Positions 25,588 through 32,000 of a stretch of DNA of 32,000 nucleotides are shown here, one piece after another. Below the pieces are notes generated by a model, which saw only the letters and a program-made list of their open reading frames with translations, did no database searches and was not told where the DNA came from. Within the stretch, counting starts at the first letter, position 1. Each line of letters begins with the position of its first letter. The translations under genes were made by a program, and so were the position numbers. This DNA is from Candidatus Nitrosopumilus koreensis AR1 (GTDB taxonomy: Archaea; Thermoproteota; Nitrososphaeria; Nitrososphaerales; Nitrosopumilaceae). Location: positions 960,001 through 992,000 of the forward strand of contig NC_018655.1 of NCBI RefSeq assembly GCF_000299365.1, read 5' to 3'.

Positions 25588-27192
25588 CTACTGTTTTGGA
25601 GATTCATTATTTTCTAAAAGTTCCAGTATTTTTTCTGCAGTAACTACTCCAACAAGTTTTGAGTCTAGTGGTTCCATTACAGGTACGATACTAGCTGGAT
25701 TTGAATTTAATTTTTGGATTGCAAAAAACAGCGGTTCTTGTGGAATTGCAGTTCGGAATTTTTTATGCATTACATTTTTCACAGCAGTTTTTCTTCGTAA
25801 TTTTTTTTGCGCACGTTCAAGATCACGTTTTGAAACTAGTCCAACAAGGTTGTTTTCATCTAACACTACAAAAAATTCATTGTCATTATTTTTCAATGCA
25901 TCATCAACAGAAATGTCAGGAGACAATGTTGGGTAATCCAACACCATTGCATTTTCAGCAGCATATTCAGATACTGCTCTTCTAAAATAGACAGGTACAA
26001 GAGCTAATTCTTGTGATCCTATCTTGACTGGAACTATTTTTTTCAATGTTCGTTGGAGTTCGACACTTGAAATTATCATGGTAATTAAAGTTCCAAAAAC
26101 AAGTAAAGAGAACAAATTATTTTCTAATAATTCTGCATTTAACAAAGACAGCATCAGTGCCAAGTCAACGGCACCTTTTGACATTATTCCATATGCAACA
26201 GTACGGGCAGGTTTCATATGAGCTACTTTTGCAGCCAGATATGAGCCGATAAATTTGGCACCAACTATTATGGCTAAAAAGCCACCAATTACCCACAAAG
26301 GAAGTTCAAAGAAACTCAAGGTAAAGTGCAAACCAATTCCGGCAAAAAAGATTGGGATGAAAATCCCATAGCCAATAACATGGACACTTTTTGAGATCTC
26401 AGTATACTCTTTTTTGTTCATTCTAGAAACTGCAATTCCTAGCAATAGTGCACCAATTGCACCATGTATACCGCTGATTTCTGCAAAGTATGCCACAAGC
26501 AAAATGACTCCAATTACTACTGCAAAGTATACCTGTTGAGCTTGGAGATGTTTTCTGATAAATCTAAAAAAGTGCGGCAATGCAAATACAGACAATAATC
26601 CTGCCACAGCAAAGAATAGAATCATCTTTGCAAACAACCATGCAAAGTCTTCGATTTCAGGGTTCAGAGAAGAATCAACCTGAATTACAACACTGGTAAA
26701 AATAATGGCAATAAATTCGATAATTCCTGCCATCGTAAAAATTTCAAGGCCTATTTTTGAACGAAGTTTGCCCATATCCGTAAGGACCTTAGCAGTAACA
26801 CCAAGACTCGAAGCACCTATCACACTAGCAATTGCAAGAGATTTTACAAAATCCATATCCATTGCCAAGAATCCAAAGACTCCTGCTGCAACAAACGGGA
26901 TCAAAAATCCCAATGCAGAGCCTGCAAAAATTCTCCCTCTCAATACTTTGAATAGGGCAGTAAGATCAATTTCTTCAAGACCAATCAAAAAGAACAAAAA
27001 GAAGACACCTATTGAAACAAAAATTTCAATTTCATCAATTGGCTCTACAAGAAAAAACAACGCAGGTCCAACAATTATTCCTGCAAGAACATTTCCAATA
27101 ATAGTTGGCTGATTAATTCGATGTAATGCCTCACCAAATATTTTTGCCGATAAAATCAATACAGCAATATACAAAATTGCCTCAAATGACAT
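25588..27192 (-). CDS. cation:proton antiporter (CPA2/Kef-type) with C-terminal CBS domain pair
   Basis: 534 aa. The N-terminus LSAKIFGEALHRINQPTIIGNVLAGIIVGP is typical of Na+(K+)/H+ exchangers. There are about 11-12 TM helices, and the C-terminal ~130 aa carry CBS-like repeats (VVLDENNLVGLVSKRDL and VPVMEP..KLVGVVTAEKIL). Confidence 0.85.
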   Translation of the reverse strand: MSFEAILYIAVLILSAKIFGEALHRINQPTIIGNVLAGIIVGPALFFLVEPIDEIEIFVSIGVFFLFFLIGLEEIDLTALFKVLRGRIFAGSALGFLIPFVAAGVFGFLAMDMDFVKSLAIASVIGASSLGVTAKVLTDMGKLRSKIGLEIFTMAGIIEFIAIIFTSVVIQVDSSLNPEIEDFAWLFAKMILFFAVAGLLSVFALPHFFRFIRKHLQAQQVYFAVVIGVILLVAYFAEISGIHGAIGALLLGIAVSRMNKKEYTEISKSVHVIGYGIFIPIFFAGIGLHFTLSFFELPLWVIGGFLAIIVGAKFIGSYLAAKVAHMKPARTVAYGIMSKGAVDLALMLSLLNAELLENNLFSLLVFGTLITMIISSVELQRTLKKIVPVKIGSQELALVPVYFRRAVSEYAAENAMVLDYPTLSPDISVDDALKNNDNEFFVVLDENNLVGLVSKRDLERAQKKLRRKTAVKNVMHKKFRTAIPQEPLFFAIQKLNSNPASIVPVMEPLDSKLVGVVTAEKILELLENNESPKQ

Positions 27193-27296
27193 CTGTAAAC
27201 AACTCTAAATGATTAGAAATAATGTATCTTATTTAGATATTTGAATTAAAACAAGCATGTCCAAACTTATTAAAGAAAAGAATATGTAAATTATTC

Positions 27297-27413
27297 ATGG
27301 TAAGAGTGGATGAATGTTTCAAATGCGGGGCAAGAGAAAAAGATGCCAAATTGATTTTCAGAACAAATGAGCCAGTACTATGTGAAAACTGCTACAAAAA
27401 GTTAGAAAAATGA
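27297..27413 (+). CDS. 38-aa zinc-ribbon microprotein
   Basis: ATG..TGA ORF not in the track: MVRVDECFKCGAREKDAKLIFRTNEPVLCENCYKKLEK (CxxC...CxxC). Confidence 0.35.
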   Translation: MVRVDECFKCGAREKDAKLIFRTNEPVLCENCYKKLEK

Positions 27414-27491
27414 TTATTTTTTATTGGTTTTAGACAGGTACGCCCTTTAGGAATTTAAGAGATATATCGTACTTTCTACAAATTAATAATT

Positions 27492-27821
27492 GTGCCAATA
27501 ATCTCAGAAGTCATCAATGATAGAAAATTATGGGTAATTATTAGTTCTAGAAAAGATGGAGGTTCAGATGAATTAGAGGTAATTCGACCAATAATTGAAA
27601 AATTAAATGAGCAATGGTTTGAGAAAGGGGATTTTGTTTGGACAGGGAGATTTGATGATAAAAAAACAAGCATGGCTATTTTTGAGTCAACAGAAGACAA
27701 AGCTAAAAATTATTTTGAAGAGTATTCCAAAATTTGTGCAGATTCTCTTGATACGAAACTGTACCAATGGGATGCTCTTCCATTATTTACTATTTTAGAG
27801 CGAATTCAAGGGAAGATCTAA
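27492..27821 (+). CDS. hypothetical protein (109 aa), weak YciI-like pattern
   Basis: GTG-initiated ORF. The pattern LWVIISSRKDG...W...G.FVWTGRFDD....MAIFES.ED.A loosely recalls YciI-type alpha+beta proteins. Low certainty. Confidence 0.4.
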   Translation: MPIISEVINDRKLWVIISSRKDGGSDELEVIRPIIEKLNEQWFEKGDFVWTGRFDDKKTSMAIFESTEDKAKNYFEEYSKICADSLDTKLYQWDALPLFTILERIQGKI

Positions 27822-27944
27822 AAATAATTTAAAATTATTAGAAAAAAATGAGGTCATGCAATATTTGTAAAAATAGTATTTTTTATTGCGTAAACAAAGG
27901 TTATGAAAATAAGCTATTGTCATGACATGCCACATATAGACACA

Positions 27945-28742
27945 TCAAGACGTTTTTGGATGGTTCCTGGAGATTGTTTTTGCCTTTTTCCAATAATGCT
28001 CAAAGAAATCCAGACACCAATCTTGAAAAGATGAGCTCTTACCATAAAACATATGTCGCAAATCAGGTTCGTCATTATTGGGAAAAACTATTGCAGCCTC
28101 TTTTTCGCTGACAATTAAGATAAATCCGGTGTTGTTTACCTCCTTTCGCAGAATTTTTCCATTTTGAATCAAATCATAATATCCAATTTTTTGCAAATGT
28201 CCATCTCTGTCAGAGTATTCTTCAAAATCACTACTGAAAATATGTCTATACTTTACGCCTTTTTTGACACGGCCAACCAAAACATCATCCAGTCCTGCAG
28301 GATATTCACTGGTGACATCGCATACAAATTCTGAAGCATTGTTTAAAATTTTCTTCCACGTGTCAATGACATTGGTGACCCCCCTAACATGAGTACACGT
28401 TTCAAGAACGCCTAATCTACGGCTAAATTTCTTGGGCAGAGAGTCAAGATCATGAGTTGAAAAATATTTTTGGTTCTTTGAAATAAAAAGTACCAAAGGC
28501 ATCTGGCTAAGTACAAGTCTTCCAATAGAAGTTATACGGAAATGTTCATCTGTACCCTTTTTTACAAATCCTGATTTTGACAACCTATCCATATTTCTGT
28601 GAATTTCTTGAGGAGTTAGTTCCATTTTTTTAGCAAGTACTGAGAGTCGATAGGGTTTTGAAGACAGATTATCTAAAATTTTCAAACGTTGTTCGCTTGC
28701 CAGTTCTAAAAATTGTGATGCCACAATTTCGAACTTATCCAT
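27945..28742 (-). CDS. winged-HTH (ArsR-like) regulator with DUF1724-type C-terminal domain (paralog of 17243..18055)
   Basis: 265 aa. FLELASEQRLKILDNL...EIHRNMDRLSKSGFVKK and the C-terminal EKEAAIVF...MFYGKSSSFQDWCLDFFEHYW align along the full length with 17243..18055. Confidence 0.7.
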   Translation of the reverse strand: MDKFEIVASQFLELASEQRLKILDNLSSKPYRLSVLAKKMELTPQEIHRNMDRLSKSGFVKKGTDEHFRITSIGRLVLSQMPLVLFISKNQKYFSTHDLDSLPKKFSRRLGVLETCTHVRGVTNVIDTWKKILNNASEFVCDVTSEYPAGLDDVLVGRVKKGVKYRHIFSSDFEEYSDRDGHLQKIGYYDLIQNGKILRKEVNNTGFILIVSEKEAAIVFPNNDEPDLRHMFYGKSSSFQDWCLDFFEHYWKKAKTISRNHPKTS

Positions 28743-28776
28743 AGCAATTTTGTATGTTTAATGTGATATATTATCT

Positions 28777-28791
28777 TTAAACAAATGTTAA
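28777..28791. promoter_or_regulatory. TTAAACAAATGTTAA motif related to the 18249..18270 palindrome
   Basis: It shares the core AAC-A(n)-TGTTAA. It lies 34 nt from the regulator ATG at 28742 and just distal to a gatatattat TATA-like element, the same layout as at the paralog. The palindrome here is imperfect. Confidence 0.25.
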
Positions 28792-28878
28792 GGAAAATAT
28801 TATTGAAATTCATGCCTGAGCTTAAATTCACAAAGATAGCTTAAGCGAACTTATGAGTTGAGATAATCAACATAATAC

Positions 28879-29259
28879 ATGCATGCAAAAGTTTCTTCAA
28901 AATTACTTGATGATACATGTAACATATTGTTAGCTAATAAAAAAATTCGATACATTGGTATTCTGGATAAAATGGGTAGTTTAGTATTTGAAAAACAAAA
29001 AGATGGAGTAGACCTGTCGCTGCCAGACAGCAAATCACGTTCTTTATACATAAAGTCGGTATTAGAAATTTTGTTAAAGAAAGACTTTGATGAACAAATG
29101 GGCCTTTTGAAATACAATGTCAGTCACAGATCAAAAATAGATGTGATAACTATTCCCATCTTCAACAACATCGTGATGATTACTTTGGAACCAAACGAAA
29201 ATTGCGATTTAATTGCAAATAGCGCTATAATGATTTTTGAAAAAATATTTATGAAATAA
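28879..29259 (+). CDS. small alpha/beta protein, possibly roadblock/LC7-like (paralog of 10175..10567)
   Basis: 126 aa. It is divergently transcribed from the regulator at 27945..28742 and is similar by eye to 10175..10567. Confidence 0.5.
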   Translation: MHAKVSSKLLDDTCNILLANKKIRYIGILDKMGSLVFEKQKDGVDLSLPDSKSRSLYIKSVLEILLKKDFDEQMGLLKYNVSHRSKIDVITIPIFNNIVMITLEPNENCDLIANSAIMIFEKIFMK

Positions 29260-29327
29260 TTTTACGTGTTTTATTCAAAATCATGTAATAGTTATTTTAG
29301 GTAAATCATCTACGACAATACGTTTTC

Positions 29328-29486
29328 TTAATGCAACAAATCATCTAGTTTTCCTTTTTTGGCCATATCAAAAACAAAAGATTCTACTTTAGTTATGCCA
29401 CATCTTGGAAATTTTTTTACATGCCGATTTTTTTCCACTATTATCTCATCATCTAGAACATAGACGTTGACTTTTGAATCAAACAT
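29328..29486 (-). CDS. hypothetical 52-aa protein coupled to the RAM-domain gene
   Basis: ATG..TAA ORF not in the track: MFDSKVNVYVLDDEIIVEKNRHVKKFPRCGITKVESFVFDMAKKGKLDDLLH. The ATG starts 2 nt after the upstream stop. Confidence 0.3.
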   Translation of the reverse strand: MFDSKVNVYVLDDEIIVEKNRHVKKFPRCGITKVESFVFDMAKKGKLDDLLH

Positions 29487-29487
29487 T

Positions 29488-29736
29488 TTACGAAGTTACT
29501 AAAAGTGGGGCAGTACGCAGTGGAAGAATACTTCGAACATCATCCAAAGGCCTGATGCTAGAAATTACAAGACGAGATACATCCTCAGAAGGCATTTTCT
29601 CAGTTTTAACTATGCAATCAAATGCGCCATGTACAGGCACTGCTTCTTTGACTCCAGACAATTCCTGAAGCGTATTTGCCACATCTACATTCTTAGTAGG
29701 AGTGCATGAAATTAACAAATAAGTAAAATCCATCAA
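29488..29736 (-). CDS. stand-alone Lrp/AsnC-type ligand-binding (RAM) domain protein
   Basis: 82 aa. YLLISCTPTKNVDVANTLQELSGVKEAVPVHGAFDCIVKTE....DVSRLVISSIRPLDDVRS follows the beta-alpha-beta-beta-alpha-beta RAM pattern. Confidence 0.6.
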   Translation of the reverse strand: MMDFTYLLISCTPTKNVDVANTLQELSGVKEAVPVHGAFDCIVKTEKMPSEDVSRLVISSIRPLDDVRSILPLRTAPLLVTS

Positions 29737-29839
29737 ATAGATTAAGGTGCAATTACTATTATCATTTCATAAGCTGATTTGCTTAATTTCAATTAGATTG
29801 TTGATGACTGAATATAGCGCATGCAAGTGCAATTATCAT

Positions 29840-30838
29840 ATGGCAAAAATCGTGATTTGGAAGAATATGAAAGAAAGCGATTGGAGAAATGGAGAATTGG
29901 CAGAAAAAACTATTCTTGAAACAGAACTAAGGCATTGTTTAGCAGACAGCCACAAATCTCCAGTTACAGATGTCAATGCAGGAGAGATTATTTGCAGTGA
30001 TTGTGGTATTGTACTAGAAGAGAGAGCAGTAGACAGGAATAACGATTCAAAAACTTTCACCAAAGAAGACTATTTGAATACGGCACGAAATGGCCCTCCA
30101 ACAAAAATTTCCATATCAGACATGTCAAGTTCGTCTATCATATCCAAGAAAAATTTTGATGCAGTTGGAAAGAAAATGCATTCAAATAACATAAGACATT
30201 TTTCCAGAATGCGATTTTGGGATTCAAGAAGTAAAAGCAACAACAAAGAACAGAATCTAGTAAAAGCATTTACCGTTTTGGATGCATATTCAAACAAGCT
30301 AAACATGCCAGAAAATGCAAAAGAGCATGCAGCATACATCTATAGAAAAGCAGTAGACAAAAAGATCATCAGAGGCAATTCAATTCCATCCATGATGGCA
30401 GCATCAGTCTATGCATCATGCAAACAATTAGGAATTCCCAGAAGCGTTGACGAAATATCAAAAATCACAAACATCAACAGAAAAAAACTTTTAAGATCAT
30501 ACAAGAGACTAGTCAAAAAACTAGAGATCAAAGTAGACTCTACAGGAATAAATTATGTTTCCAAGATATCAAGTTCGTTATCAGTTAGTGAAAAGACTTC
30601 AAGATTAGCAAACAAGATTCTTCACGACGCAAAACAAGAAAAAATCCACGTAGGAAAAAACCCAATTGGGGTTACAGCAGCGTCAATCTATCTTTCTGCA
30701 ATAAACCATGGAGAACATGTTCCAATAGCAAGAATTGCCAGGAAGACCAACATAAGCACAGTCACAATTCGTAAAATTATAAAGATGTTGAGGCCTTTTG
30801 CTGCAAAATACATCAAAAGCATAGACATCGGAGCATAA
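29840..30838 (+). CDS. tfb: transcription initiation factor B (TFB) paralog
   Basis: It has an N-terminal ribbon remnant (CLAD...GEIICSDCGIVLEE) and two cyclin-fold repeats (AAYIYRKAV...RGNSIPSMMAASVYASCKQLGIPRSVDEISK and RLANKILHDA...GKNPIGVTAASIYLSA). The start is set at ATG 29840 because an aatata TATA-like element lies about 24 nt upstream. The track's GTG at 29747 would add 31 unlikely residues. Confidence 0.8.
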   Translation: MAKIVIWKNMKESDWRNGELAEKTILETELRHCLADSHKSPVTDVNAGEIICSDCGIVLEERAVDRNNDSKTFTKEDYLNTARNGPPTKISISDMSSSSIISKKNFDAVGKKMHSNNIRHFSRMRFWDSRSKSNNKEQNLVKAFTVLDAYSNKLNMPENAKEHAAYIYRKAVDKKIIRGNSIPSMMAASVYASCKQLGIPRSVDEISKITNINRKKLLRSYKRLVKKLEIKVDSTGINYVSKISSSLSVSEKTSRLANKILHDAKQEKIHVGKNPIGVTAASIYLSAINHGEHVPIARIARKTNISTVTIRKIIKMLRPFAAKYIKSIDIGA

Positions 30839-30860
30839 AAAAAATCATCATTGTTTTGAT

Positions 30861-31061
30861 ATGGAAATAAACTCCAACATTTCAAATAATGCCAAAGTAA
30901 ACATTATTGTTTTTGCAATATTTGGATTTTTACTTGTTTCAGGAATAACTGTCATTAATTTTATGGGTATTTTTTCAGAAAACTGGTTTATTGGTTTAGG
31001 ATTACTTTTGACAAGTATTGCAACTATTGCCGTATTCATAGTTATCAAATTAAAAAAATAA
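30861..31061 (+). CDS. small membrane protein (66 aa, 2 TM)
   Basis: ATG ORF with two hydrophobic helices (IIVFAIFGFLLVSGITVINFMGIF and GLGLLLTSIATIAVFIVI). Confidence 0.4.
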   Translation: MEINSNISNNAKVNIIVFAIFGFLLVSGITVINFMGIFSENWFIGLGLLLTSIATIAVFIVIKLKK

Positions 31062-31083
31062 AAATGGTTTGAGTACAGATACT

Positions 31084-32000
31084 TTAATCATACAGAGATT
31101 TAGGTTCTAGCATAGAATTCAAAATATGTCTAGCCTTGTTTTCTTCCCAAATCAACTTGTATTTGATATCTAGTCTGTCTAGCTTGTTTGAATTGGTATT
31201 TGCATAGTCGTAACTTTTTGCATCTTCCAAGTCTGTAAACTCTTCAGTACATGCAGGACACAACTCTAGCAATTGGGCAATTGCATCATTTGCTTTGTCT
31301 GTTTTATAATTTCCAAACTCTGAATGCGTTCTTGTAAACACATCAGTGGCCTCATCCTGTACCCTTTCTTGCTTGATGTAGTCTTTGCTCCATGTTCCAT
31401 ATTGGAATGTCCATGTATCTCCAAACTCATCTACTGCTGTAGTCTTGCTTGTTTCAGTCAGGTGGTATATGTGCCCCTTGTTTATTCCGTCATATTCCTT
31501 TGGAGGGTTTAGAGATTCTCCTGCCACCTCGATTCCGTGATTGTAATAGTTTTGCCATGAGCTGCGTTTAGTGTCCCATACATCTGTTCCAACAATGTTA
31601 AAGTCCAATGGTGCTCTGAACATATGCTGGATTGACACCTTCAAGCACTCGTTAGTGGAGTGCTCCATGCATGATACCTTGCTTGTAGTGACTTTGATGT
31701 TATCTAGTGCATTTTCAGGATCAGTCACTGTAACTGTCTCTGTTCCATCAAAATCAATGTCTAGTTCAATCTTTGCCTTGCTTTGTGAGATTATCTCTCC
31801 TTCAGCCATGCCAAATGCAAACGTAAAGTGCCTGATGTTGTGCACCCCAGTATTTTCATAGATCTTAAACTCTGCAACGTTTGTCTTTCCAATATCAGCT
31901 GTGATTAGCGGGTATGGTGTGAAATACCTCTCAACGTCAACTGTGTATCCGTTGTATGAGAAGCCACCGGTCACCTGACGCTTTCCACTAGAGTCAATTC
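31084..32000 (-). CDS. hypothetical protein, 5'-partial (runs off the window)
   Basis: The frame stays open upstream of the track's GTG (31974) to nt 32000. It is a beta-rich, Cys-containing, probably extracytoplasmic protein. No family recognised. Confidence 0.55.
   Translation of the reverse strand, partial: IDSSGKRQVTGGFSYNGYTVDVERYFTPYPLITADIGKTNVAEFKIYENTGVHNIRHFTFAFGMAEGEIISQSKAKIELDIDFDGTETVTVTDPENALDNIKVTTSKVSCMEHSTNECLKVSIQHMFRAPLDFNIVGTDVWDTKRSSWQNYYNHGIEVAGESLNPPKEYDGINKGHIYHLTETSKTTAVDEFGDTWTFQYGTWSKDYIKQERVQDEATDVFTRTHSEFGNYKTDKANDAIAQLLELCPACTEEFTDLEDAKSYDYANTNSNKLDRLDIKYKLIWEENKARHILNSMLEPKSLYD

Noticed and set aside
27848-27925. A 25-aa ATG ORF (MRSCNICKNSIFYCVNKGYENKLLS) in the intergenic region upstream of the second regulator's 3' end.
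   Set aside because: It is too short, has only a partial Cys pattern, and has no paralog in the window. It cannot be told apart from chance.
1-32000. Search for tRNA, rRNA, CRISPR arrays, transposases or integrases, and long inverted or direct terminal repeats.
   Set aside because: No GC-rich cloverleaf-like segments appear in the intergenic regions. The only tandem array is the coding 108-nt duplication, and no ORF shows DDE, tyrosine or serine recombinase motifs. The scan was by eye, so short or degenerate elements could have been missed.

Overview
This is an AT-rich archaeal window. Its gene content points to a Nitrosopumilus-like ammonia-oxidising thaumarchaeon: bifunctional FBP aldolase/phosphatase, 3-hydroxybutyryl-CoA dehydrogenase, an S10/EF-1alpha/RpoP block, EndA, ATP-dependent DNA ligase, TFB, ArsR+DUF1724-type regulators and many small zinc-finger ORFs. 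This lineage call is an inference from gene content, not a database hit. Positions 1-13 kb hold housekeeping and central-carbon genes. Two oddities sit there: an EF-1alpha gene that lacks its 5' G-domain part, and a two-domain SDR resembling half of malonyl-CoA reductase, coupled to a hot-dog-fold protein. About 13.2-22.4 kb looks like an even more AT-rich accessory block. It carries a 7-TM protein, a 926-aa coiled-coil membrane protein with a near-perfect 108-nt tandem repeat, a wHTH regulator operon, two class III nucleotidyl-cyclase-homology proteins flanking a TPR protein, and a membrane desaturase-family protein. Positions 22.5-32 kb are mixed: a TPP enzyme, USP, a CPA2 antiporter with CBS domains, a second regulator paired with a small alpha/beta protein, a RAM-domain protein and a TFB paralog. 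I found no tRNA, rRNA, CRISPR array, transposase or integrase. The best candidate for an undescribed system is the cyclase/TPR/cyclase cluster with its adjacent regulator and palindromic operator-like site. All functional calls come from motif reading by eye and need HMM or structure confirmation.
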